From an uncultured Erysipelotrichaceae bacterium (GTDB taxonomy: Bacteria > Bacillota_I > Bacilli_A > RFN20 > CAG-826): a stretch of 64,000 bases of DNA. Location: assembly GCA_902802905.1 (NCBI GenBank), contig CADCNT010000017.1, positions 186 through 64,185 of the forward strand. Direction: 5' to 3'. The position numbers were made by a program, and so were the translations under genes. This document shows, one piece after another, positions 26,367 through 33,899 of this stretch (the stretch's first letter is position 1; every line of letters starts with the position of its first letter). A model generated the notes under the pieces. The model was not told the origin of the DNA. It searched no databases and saw only the letters and a program-made list of their open reading frames with translations.

Positions 26367-26411
26367 CAAAAAACAGTACCGATTTGTATCGATACTGTAG
26401 TTATCATCTGG
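26367..26411 (-). terminator. terminator-like hairpin (copy 3 of repeated element)
   Basis: ACAGTACCGATTTGTATCGATACTGT (26373-26398). Preceded by AAAAAA on the plus strand, i.e. a U-run on the minus strand. Followed by AGTTATCATCTGG as in copy 2. Confidence 0.6.
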
Positions 26412-26477
26412 GTGTATACTGCTTAAGTGATGCAAATCCGCAAAAAATCGGGGGTGCAAACAACTAAAGTGATACAC

Positions 26478-27110
26478 CTATTCCCTAATATTCATTTGAA
26501 AACCAGGTGCGTTTACAATCGAGAACATTGTTACAAGCGAAATAAAGAAAAGCACTAACGAAGCAACAAACACAACAATTAAACATAATCTAATTATCTT
26601 TAATGGTCTCTTGTTTAAATTCAAAAATGATAGTAGAGAAAGAATTATAGAAAACAACAAGAGCGCAATGTTGATGACCGAAATTGGATTCCCTGCCCTC
26701 AAGGTTGCACCAATAATTGATGCATAGCCTGTCACATGAACAGGTGTTGGGTTGTCAGGATAAGATACTGCAGAATAGTCATAGCTACTATATTGATAAA
26801 AAGGAATAACTGATAGCAAGAGCAAAATAACACTTATTGAAGTAAAACAAATACTCAAAATCGTCCAATACCTTTGGTTTGTTTTAAAAGATTTTTCTAC
26901 TATTTCGTTCTTTTCTTCATCAGATAATAAGTCTTCAACCTTCACATTAAAAGCGATAGCTATCTTCTCTAAGTTTTCTTGAGTAGGAAAAGCACTGCCG
27001 CTTTCATACTTGGTTATAAGTGTTCTAGAGACATATATCTTGCTGGCAAGATCTTCTTGCGATAATCCCGCTTCTTTGCGGTATTTCTTTATTTTCTCGT
27101 TTAGCTCCAT
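26478..27110 (-). CDS. XRE-family helix-turn-helix protein with C-terminal transmembrane domain
   Basis: N-terminal LSQEDLASKIYVSRTLITKYESG HTH, followed by about 4 hydrophobic helices. Confidence 0.75.
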   Translation of the reverse strand: MELNEKIKKYRKEAGLSQEDLASKIYVSRTLITKYESGSAFPTQENLEKIAIAFNVKVEDLLSDEEKNEIVEKSFKTNQRYWTILSICFTSISVILLLLSVIPFYQYSSYDYSAVSYPDNPTPVHVTGYASIIGATLRAGNPISVINIALLLFSIILSLLSFLNLNKRPLKIIRLCLIVVFVASLVLFFISLVTMFSIVNAPGFQMNIRE

Positions 27111-27547
27111 TTTGTTATTCCTATTATAAACGAATTTGACATAACATATTTACTTCTAAAACATTTTCCTTCTTTGTTGGAACGAACATACATATAGTGG
27201 CTCTTATGACTAATGAAAAATACCTCTGAATAATTTAAGGGATATAGAAATTCTAGATGAATAGTAATCGCATCATCTTTAGATTCGTTTGGTGGCCATC
27301 CCATAAATTGTTCATCGATATCAAAATTAACCAAGATATAGGCGCAATCTAAATAAGAATGATACTTTTTATCTACGACCCATGCGAGGTTTTGATAAAC
27401 ACTAGAACTTACTTGCATTTGGGTAATATCTGATACTTCAAAACCCGTGACTTCTTTGAAAGAATAGGTTCGTTGATTACAGCTTGTTAGAAGAAACAAT
27501 AAAGCTAAAAGAAATGACATCTTTTTCATGTTTTTATAATAAGTCAA
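27101..27547 (-). CDS. putative lipoprotein, unknown function
   Basis: Signal peptide with lipobox LLFLLTSC. The likely true start is the MKKMSF Met at 27529. Overlaps the downstream HTH gene by 10 nt. Confidence 0.55.
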   Translation of the reverse strand: MTYYKNMKKMSFLLALLFLLTSCNQRTYSFKEVTGFEVSDITQMQVSSSVYQNLAWVVDKKYHSYLDCAYILVNFDIDEQFMGWPPNESKDDAITIHLEFLYPLNYSEVFFISHKSHYMYVRSNKEGKCFRSKYVMSNSFIIGITKWS

Positions 27548-27608
27548 ATAATGAAAAACACTATGTGAATTGATGTGAATTTGATAATATCGCCATAAGT
27601 TAGGAATA

Positions 27609-27637
27609 ATAAAAACCGGAATTTACTACAATTCCGG
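27609..27637 (-). terminator. rho-independent terminator after tRNA-Met
   Basis: Minus strand: CCGGAAT-tgtagtaa-ATTCCGG followed by TTTTT. Confidence 0.7.
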
Positions 27638-27650
27638 GATAATATGCAAA

Positions 27651-27727
27651 TGGTTGCGGAGGTGGGACTTGAACCACACGACCTCCAGGTTATGGGCCTG
27701 ACGAGCTGCCAACTGCTCTACTCCGCG
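27651..27727 (-). tRNA. tRNA-Met (anticodon CAT), initiator-like
   Basis: Cloverleaf with anticodon loop CCCATAA. The C1 x A72 mismatch at the top of the acceptor stem (CGCGGAG.../...CTCCGCA-A-CCA) is the bacterial initiator signature. 77 nt with encoded CCA. Confidence 0.85.
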
Positions 27728-27783
27728 ATCGCACCTGGCAGTTCGTCAGTTCACGAACTCTCAGGCATTCCGTAAGTATTTAA

Positions 27784-27960
27784 TTACTTGCGGTTTTTTC
27801 TTCTGGCGTTTTCGGATTTGAGTTTTCTTTTCAAACCTGGTTTGAGATAGAATTCTCTTTTCTTCGCTTCTTGGATCGTACCAGCTTTATTCACTTGGCG
27901 TTTAAAACGTCTGAGTGCATCATCTAATGATTCATTTTCACGAACAACGACTTTTGGCAT
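27784..27960 (-). CDS. rpsU: 30S ribosomal protein S21
   Basis: [21 protein letters not shown]... is canonical S21. GGAGGTG SD lies 6 nt upstream of the ATG at 27960. Confidence 0.95.
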   Translation of the reverse strand: MPKVVVRENESLDDALRRFKRQVNKAGTIQEAKKREFYLKPGLKRKLKSENARRKNRK

Positions 27961-28081
27961 GATATTCACCTCCTTGCGTCAACGCGCTTTTATATGTTAT
28001 ATGAATAGCGAATTTTATTCAACCACTTTTTTACAAAAAGAAAAGGACTGTTACCAGCCCTTATAATCATTTTTAATGATT

Positions 28082-28717
28082 TTAGATAATCTTGGTTCCG
28101 TTAGAGGTGCCAATACGATTCGCTCCGGCTTCCACCATTGCGAGTAGGTCTTCATGAGTTCTCACTCCACCAGAAGCTTTAACACCCATTTCTGGTCCAA
28201 CAGTTTCTCTCATGAGTTTGACATCATGAGCGGTTGCGCCACCAGTAGAGAATCCGGTAGAAGTCTTAACAAAATCTGCTCCTGCTTCTTTTGATAACTT
28301 GCAGGCTCTGACTTTTTCTTCATCAGTTAATAGGCATGTTTCAATAATAACTTTTAAGACTAATTTTCCAGCAACTTCTTTAAGAAGTTTAATTTCTTCT
28401 CTAACGTAATCGTCGTGTCCGGCTTTAAGCATACCAACATTGATTACCATATCGATTTCAGTAGCGCCTTGAGCGATACATAATTTAGCTTCATCAACTT
28501 TTGTTCTTGTTAAGTTCATACCTAATGGGAAGCCAATAACTGTACAAACTTTAACGTCGCTACCTTTTAAACATTCAGCGGCAAGTGGTACATAAGCTGG
28601 GTTAACACAGACTGACATAAAGTCAAATTGTTTTGCTTCTTCACAGAGTTTAACGATTTGTTCTGGAGTGGCATCTTGTTTTAAGAGTGTGTGATCAATT
28701 AATTTGTTGTAACTCAT
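28082..28717 (-). CDS. deoC: deoxyribose-phosphate aldolase
   Basis: LIDHTLLK start, VCVNP, the Schiff-base Lys region FVKTSTGF, and GVKASGGVR. Confidence 0.9.
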   Translation of the reverse strand: MSYNKLIDHTLLKQDATPEQIVKLCEEAKQFDFMSVCVNPAYVPLAAECLKGSDVKVCTVIGFPLGMNLTRTKVDEAKLCIAQGATEIDMVINVGMLKAGHDDYVREEIKLLKEVAGKLVLKVIIETCLLTDEEKVRACKLSKEAGADFVKTSTGFSTGGATAHDVKLMRETVGPEMGVKASGGVRTHEDLLAMVEAGANRIGTSNGTKII

Positions 28718-28769
28718 TTGTTTTTTCTCCTATTCTTCATTATAACAAAAAAGGCCTTAAATTAAGACC

Positions 28770-29024
28770 TTATTTTGCTTCAGATTTCTTTGAAGATTTT
28801 TTGGCAGGTGCTTTCTTTGCAGGTGCTTTCTTTTCTTCTTTGACTAATTTGCCATCTAAATATGTAGCTTTGCCAGCGTAATATCCACATTTTGGACAAA
28901 CATGGTGAGCTTTAATCATTTCACCACAGTTTGGACAAGTAACTAATCCTTCAACACTGAGTTTGAAGTGAGTTCTTCTCATTCTTTTACGGGTTTTGCT
29001 AATTCTTCTTTGTGGGACTGCCAT
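28770..29024 (-). CDS. rpmF: 50S ribosomal protein L32 with Lys/Ala-rich C-terminal extension
   Basis: [19 protein letters not shown] plus CPNCG...CPKCG zinc ribbon. There are about 25 extra residues, [23 protein letters not shown]. Confidence 0.9.
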   Translation of the reverse strand: MAVPQRRISKTRKRMRRTHFKLSVEGLVTCPNCGEMIKAHHVCPKCGYYAGKATYLDGKLVKEEKKAPAKKAPAKKSSKKSEAK

Positions 29025-29130
29025 AGTGATATCCTCCTAAGTTTTGCTAGTAAATTATATTCATATAATGAAGGGAATGCAATTTTTTTTAGACATTTTC
29101 TAAATAATCTTATTTTTTCTTGATTGTGTC

Positions 29131-30387
29131 TTACTTTTTGAAAATGGCTTTTACAATTTCTCCCACTTTCGAATCATTTCCAGGAATTTTTACTTCTAAA
29201 TAATTAGAAGTATGACCAATATTGTACTTGTCTTTATTGTCAAATTGTTCCACAAGGACTTCAACTTCATTATTTACAAACTTGTTTGTATAATCGTCCC
29301 AAAGCATGTTTGATAGTTCAATAAGTCGTAACACTCTTTGCTTTTTAATACGTGGATCAATTTGGTTCTTCATCTTAAATGCGACTGTTCCTTCTCTAGC
29401 GGAGAATGGAAAAACATGCAATTGATGGAATCCACATTTCTTAATGAAATCGTATGTTTCTTGGAATTCTTCTTCGCTTTCACCCGGGAAACCCACTATC
29501 ACATCTGTGGTTAACGTCACTTGTGGACATGCTTTCTTAATCTTTTCGATTTTAGATAGGAATTGTTCACAGTTATATTTACGATTCATTCTTTTTAAAA
29601 CTGTGTCACTACCACTTTGAAGTGGAATATGGAAATGAGTGGCTAAGTTATCTCTGGTGTTAATGAGTTCAATGAGCTTATCATCAATTTCACTTTCTTC
29701 TATAGAGGAGATTCTTAGTCTATATAATCCTTTGATGTCGAGGAGATCTTCCACTAAAGATGAGAAGGAATAATCAGTTCCTTTTCCATAGCCACCGACA
29801 TGGATACCGGTTAACACTATTTCTTTATAGCCTTGATCCACTATTGAGGTTGCTTCTTTTAGGATAGACTCTTTGTCTCTATTTCTTGCTTTACCTCTAC
29901 GATATGGAATTAAGCAATAACTACAAAAGTTATCACAGCCATCTTGGATCTTGAGGTATGCTCTTACATTTTCAAAGTGAGATGTTAAACCAAGTTCTTC
30001 ATATTCATAAACTCTTGGATTATTGCTGGTTAAATCAATAGGCTCATCACCTTTTTTGAAGTTATCGATTAATTCGACTATCTTGTCTCGATTTGATGTG
30101 CCAGTAATAATATCCGCTTTAATCTCATTTTTAATAAAGTCATGTTGACCTTGAGAATAGCAACCCATTACCACTACAACTGCGTTTGGATAATTGTTAA
30201 GTAATTTACGAATATGTTGTCTAGATTTTTGGTCGGCAGTTGCGGTCACACTACAAGTGTTGATGATAGCGACGTTCGGATTAATATCATCATCTTTATA
30301 ACCTTTTTCTTTTAAGCGTGAAGAAAGAGCGCTTATTTCATAAGCATTAACTTTGCAGCCTAAAGATATTGTGGTAAATGTTCTCAT
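29131..30387 (-). CDS. mtaB: tRNA (t6A37) methylthiotransferase MtaB (radical SAM, MiaB-like)
   Basis: UPF0004 N-domain (LGCKVNAYE), radical-SAM CDNFCSYC, TRAM-like C-terminus. Follows rsmE as in the Bacillus yqeU-yqeV arrangement. Start set at the ATG at 30387, which forms an ATGA overlap with the rsmE stop. Confidence 0.8.
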   Translation of the reverse strand: MRTFTTISLGCKVNAYEISALSSRLKEKGYKDDDINPNVAIINTCSVTATADQKSRQHIRKLLNNYPNAVVVVMGCYSQGQHDFIKNEIKADIITGTSNRDKIVELIDNFKKGDEPIDLTSNNPRVYEYEELGLTSHFENVRAYLKIQDGCDNFCSYCLIPYRRGKARNRDKESILKEATSIVDQGYKEIVLTGIHVGGYGKGTDYSFSSLVEDLLDIKGLYRLRISSIEESEIDDKLIELINTRDNLATHFHIPLQSGSDTVLKRMNRKYNCEQFLSKIEKIKKACPQVTLTTDVIVGFPGESEEEFQETYDFIKKCGFHQLHVFPFSAREGTVAFKMKNQIDPRIKKQRVLRLIELSNMLWDDYTNKFVNNEVEVLVEQFDNKDKYNIGHTSNYLEVKIPGNDSKVGEIVKAIFKK

Positions 30388-31100
30388 TTTTCTAATATGT
30401 GGGCAATCACGCTCAGTGCATATATGGCCGCAGTTTCGCAACGGTAAATTCTATTTCCTAAACTAATCGGAATGAAGTTAATTCGTTTTAAATAGTCAGC
30501 TTCAAAAGAGGAGAATCCACCTTCAGGACCGATAATCACGGAAACTGATTTAGGTGCGCTCTGTATGGTTTTTTCTAAATTTGTAGCTTTACCAGCTTCT
30601 AATTCATAAGCAAAGAAATTAACATCACACAAATATGGATTAATCTTTTTAATGCTATCAACATAAATGATTTCAGGTATTACGTTACGGTGACATTGCT
30701 CGCTCGCTTCTTTAGAGATTGCCTCATATCTAGCGCTTTTACGTTTGAAGTCATCGTTAGATAGTTTTACTACCGAACGCTCACCTTGGAAGAGCACGAC
30801 TTTTGATGCACCTAACTCAGTCGCTTTTTGAATCACTAATTCGTTTTTGTCTGATTTTGCTAGTGCGAAGAATAAGGTAACTTCTTTTGGGAGTTCACTA
30901 TTCTCATTGATTCTTTCTTGAATATGAATAGTTAAAGGGTTAAATGTATCAATAACGGCTAAATAGACTTGATGAGTAACTTTGTCCACTACTTGGATTT
31001 GATCGCCACTTTTAAATCTCATGACTTTGCTAATATGAAAAACATCATCTTGGTTAAAGGTGATGAGATTATTTTTAATATCAACAAAATATCTTTGCAT
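30384..31100 (-). CDS. rsmE: 16S rRNA (uracil1498-N3)-methyltransferase
   Basis: MQRYFV start, PUA-like N-domain, and SPOUT C-domain with IGPEGGFS and LGNRIYRCETAA. Confidence 0.9.
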   Translation of the reverse strand: MQRYFVDIKNNLITFNQDDVFHISKVMRFKSGDQIQVVDKVTHQVYLAVIDTFNPLTIHIQERINENSELPKEVTLFFALAKSDKNELVIQKATELGASKVVLFQGERSVVKLSNDDFKRKSARYEAISKEASEQCHRNVIPEIIYVDSIKKINPYLCDVNFFAYELEAGKATNLEKTIQSAPKSVSVIIGPEGGFSSFEADYLKRINFIPISLGNRIYRCETAAIYALSVIAHILEK

Positions 31101-31102
31101 AA

Positions 31103-31540
31103 TTAAATTATGAATTCACCATTACCATCTTTTAGATTTGGTTGATAATAAATAATGGCACCAACAACAGCGTTTAATAAATAAATTACGCCTAAAGCGA
31201 TGAGTAAACTATAAACGACGAATAAATTAACAACAAAGGTAAAAACAAGCGTTATCGCGGCTATTAACGCTAAATTACAAAGTAAATAGATTAATCCAGC
31301 TTTCTTCTTATGGATATAGAAAAATGGCATCCCTAAAAAACCCATAGCTAAAAACCAAATAAGGAGTTGTTTCTTTTTGCATGGGCGATAATCGGATGCA
31401 TATTTATCAGTATCGATGTTGGTAGTAATTTCAATAGTATCGCTACTCATTCCTTCAAAAGGATGTTCAATACCACATCTTGGACAACGGTCCTTATCAA
31501 ATCTTTGAATTCTTTGTTTACAGTTCCTACAAATTGGCAT
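31103..31540 (-). CDS. zinc-ribbon plus TM2-domain membrane protein
   Basis: N-terminal CRNC...CPRCG zinc ribbon. C-terminal WFLAMGFLGMPFFYIHKKKAG, a TM2-like motif with two TM helices. Confidence 0.6.
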   Translation of the reverse strand: MPICRNCKQRIQRFDKDRCPRCGIEHPFEGMSSDTIEITTNIDTDKYASDYRPCKKKQLLIWFLAMGFLGMPFFYIHKKKAGLIYLLCNLALIAAITLVFTFVVNLFVVYSLLIALGVIYLLNAVVGAIIYYQPNLKDGNGEFII

Positions 31541-31625
31541 GTTGATATTATTACACGAATGCGCACGACAAAAAAGAATTAAAAGAAATAATTTTCTTTG
31601 TTAGAATTACCTAAGAGGAATAATT

Positions 31626-32480
31626 ATGGAAACAATCAAGTTTTATAACGGGGTAGTCGCTCCAACTTTATCTTATGGTACTTGGCTAATTAAAAACGAA
31701 GACGCAGCTAGATGTGTAAAATTAGCCTTAAAACATGGCTATCGTCATATTGATACCGCTCAAGCATATGGAAACGAAGTCGGGGTTGGCCAAGGTATAA
31801 AAGAATCCGGCTTAAAAAGAGAAGAGATTTTTGTAACCACTAAAGTTATGGCGGAATACAAAACTTATAAAGAAGCAAAAGAATCTATAGATTATTCCTT
31901 GCAAAGATTAGGATTAAGTTATGTTGACCTTTTACTTATCCATTGTCCTCAACCATGGGATGAGTTTAGAGGCGCAAAAAAGTATTTCGAAGAGAATGTT
32001 GAAGTTTGGAAAGCTCTAGAAGAAGCCTATAAAGAAGGTAAGGCAAGAGCGATTGGTGTTTCTAACTTCTTAATCGAAGATATTGTAAATATTACAAGCC
32101 ACTGTGAAATCAAACCAATGGCGAATCAAATCCTTTTACATATCGGTAGCACTCCTATGGATGTGGTTAAGTACTGTCAAGAAAATGATATCGTTATTGA
32201 ATCTTATAGCCCAATTGCCCACGGCAGATTAGTGGATGATCCAAGATTAGTTGAAATGGCGAAAAAATATAATGTTTCTATTCCTCAGCTCTGTATCAAA
32301 TACACATTACAGTTAAACACTATCACTATTCCAAAAGCGTCTAGTGAAGGTCACATCAAAGACAATGCTCAATTAGGCTTTGAAATATCGAAAGAAGACA
32401 TGATTGAACTCATCAAATTAAACGAGATTGATTATGGTGAGGATTCTTTTTGGCCTGTGTTTAGCAAAAAGAATCATTAA
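31626..32480 (+). CDS. aldo/keto reductase (2,5-diketo-D-gluconate reductase-like)
   Basis: GYRHIDTAQAYGNE, catalytic Tyr/Lys/His context (LLLIHCP), and IGVSNF. Confidence 0.9.
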   Translation: METIKFYNGVVAPTLSYGTWLIKNEDAARCVKLALKHGYRHIDTAQAYGNEVGVGQGIKESGLKREEIFVTTKVMAEYKTYKEAKESIDYSLQRLGLSYVDLLLIHCPQPWDEFRGAKKYFEENVEVWKALEEAYKEGKARAIGVSNFLIEDIVNITSHCEIKPMANQILLHIGSTPMDVVKYCQENDIVIESYSPIAHGRLVDDPRLVEMAKKYNVSIPQLCIKYTLQLNTITIPKASSEGHIKDNAQLGFEISKEDMIELIKLNEIDYGEDSFWPVFSKKNH

Positions 32481-32599
32481 TTTTTTTCATCAAAGTACTA
32501 ACTTAGTTAGTAATTGCATAACAAAATAAATTTTTAAAAATTTTTTAGCAAATTTTCGAAAAACTTCCCTCTTTATTATATGAAGGGAGGTTTTAATGT

Positions 32600-33388
32600 A
32601 TGCCAAATAATCATGGCAAACTAAAAGAAGACGAAATGTACCTGAGTCTTAATAACAAAAAGGTCGCAAATCTATCACCTAATCTACGCTACATGCTTGA
32701 AGAAATGTTTGGTGCTCTAGAAGTTGATGAAGTCATTACTTGTACTCAACCAGAAGAGTTTATCAAACCAGACTTATTGATAACGTACAAGGGGAAACAA
32801 ATGGGGCTATCAATGAAGTATGGAACAAGCAATTTAATGCATAGCGAGAACATTGAAACGTTTATTCCATTTCTTCGTGGACTAGGTGTTTCGGAAGAAA
32901 CACTTAAAACAATAGTGCTTTATCAATTTGGCGATGGTACTTACGATGGCACGGGTAAAGTTAGAGTACCTATCGAAGAGCTGAAATATCGTATGATGAA
33001 ACAAATTAAAGCAGCAAACGATGAACTGAATAGCAATGAAGAACTAATAGTTAAGGTAGCAGAAAGATTAATTTTCCAAGGCGTTAACAAAGATGCTCCA
33101 AAGGCTGAAGCCATATATCACGGCGATGTAATGGACGGTGTTATTGTTACTAGACCTCAAATCATTAAACACATCAAACGTAAAAACTGGAATTATTATG
33201 ACAATTTGCACATTGGGCCACTATTTCTTAAGGCACATGCTAGATACATAGGCAAAGAAGTAGTAAATGAAAAGTACAGAAGAAAAATAGATGCTAGCTG
33301 GCCTAGGTTGCTCGAAGACATAACTTACATTTCAAAAACTTATTTTAGTTACACACCAATCTCAAAACGCTCTAGAGAAGATTGGTAG
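32600..33388 (+). CDS. hypothetical protein, PD-(D/E)xK restriction-endonuclease-like (MspI/HinP1I-like pattern)
   Basis: 262 aa. KPDLLITYKGKQMGLSMKYG fits a D...(S/E)xK nuclease core. The overall layout is reminiscent of small type II REases. Judged by eye only. Confidence 0.35.
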   Translation: MPNNHGKLKEDEMYLSLNNKKVANLSPNLRYMLEEMFGALEVDEVITCTQPEEFIKPDLLITYKGKQMGLSMKYGTSNLMHSENIETFIPFLRGLGVSEETLKTIVLYQFGDGTYDGTGKVRVPIEELKYRMMKQIKAANDELNSNEELIVKVAERLIFQGVNKDAPKAEAIYHGDVMDGVIVTRPQIIKHIKRKNWNYYDNLHIGPLFLKAHARYIGKEVVNEKYRRKIDASWPRLLEDITYISKTYFSYTPISKRSREDW

Positions 33389-33403
33389 TAGCGTCTAGGG
33401 TTT

Positions 33404-33432
33404 AAAAAACCCTTCACTTTGTGAGCGAAGGG
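33404..33432 (-). terminator. rho-independent terminator ending the tRNA Cys-Arg-Pro operon
   Basis: Minus strand: CCCTTC-gctcacaaagt-GAAGGG followed by TTTTTT. The overlapping hairpin AGGGTTT-aaa-AAACCCT could terminate the convergent plus-strand gene. Confidence 0.6.
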
Positions 33433-33446
33433 CGTGGTTTCAAATC

Positions 33447-33523
33447 TGGTCGGGACGACAGGATTTGAACCTGCGGCCTTCTGCTCCCAAAGCAGACGCG
33501 ATACCAAGCTACGCTACGTCCCG
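33447..33523 (-). tRNA. tRNA-Pro (anticodon TGG)
   Basis: CGGGACG.../...CGTCCCG-A-CCA acceptor, anticodon arm TCTGC-TTTGGGA-GCAGA. 77 nt. Confidence 0.9.
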
Positions 33524-33583
33524 TTAAGCGGCTTGTATCGCTCTGCTTTGAACGATACTTACCTATGTAATTGTTAGCTAAAT

Positions 33584-33660
33584 TGGCGCGCCAGACAGGA
33601 TTCGAACCCATGACTTCAACATTCGTAGTGTTGCACTCTATCCAACTGAGCTACTGGCGC
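33584..33660 (-). tRNA. tRNA-Arg (anticodon ACG)
   Basis: GCGCCAG.../...CTGGCGC-G-CCA acceptor, anticodon arm CAACA-CTACGAA-TGTTG. 77 nt. Confidence 0.9.
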
Positions 33661-33719
33661 ATTTATTTGCGCTATGATTTTATCACATTCTTTGAATCCT
33701 GCAACTCAATGAATGCGGC

Positions 33720-33794
33720 TGGAGGTTCCAGACGGACTTGAACCGCCGCTCGTTGAGTTGCAGTCAACTGCCTTACCAACTTGGCTATGGAACC
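33720..33794 (-). tRNA. tRNA-Cys (anticodon GCA)
   Basis: GGTTCCA.../...TGGAACC-T-CCA acceptor (U73 discriminator), ATAGCCAAG..GGTAAGGCA D-arm, anticodon arm GTTGA-CTGCAAC-TCAAC. 75 nt. Confidence 0.9.
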
Positions 33795-33809
33795 ACCACA
33801 GCGAGAAGT

Positions 33810-33838
33810 ATTTTACCATTCTCATATTTTTCATTCAA
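33810..33838 (-). promoter_or_regulatory. sigma70 promoter (extended -10) of the tRNA operon
   Basis: Minus strand: TTGAAT (33838-33833), 17-nt spacer ending in TGG, then TAAAAT (33815-33810). The tRNA-Cys 5' end lies about 16 nt downstream. Confidence 0.6.
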
Positions 33839-33899
33839 TAATTAATTAAATTATTTATAAAAAGAGCCAAACCATTAAGATTCAGCTCTATATAGATTA

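Noticed and set aside
32507-32521. Palindrome ACTAAC-TTA-GTTAGT downstream of the aldo/keto reductase gene, as a third feo-type operator.
   Set aside because: The arm orientation is inverted relative to the feo sites (CTAAC...GTTAG versus GTTAG...CTAAC) and the spacing differs. It is more simply a weak terminator hairpin, and the evidence is insufficient.
33414-33611. 65-aa ORF in the track on the minus strand.
   Set aside because: It overlaps tRNA-Pro and tRNA-Arg on the same strand, so it is an artefact of translating tRNA genes. The same applies to 55118-55417 (+), which overlaps tRNA-His.
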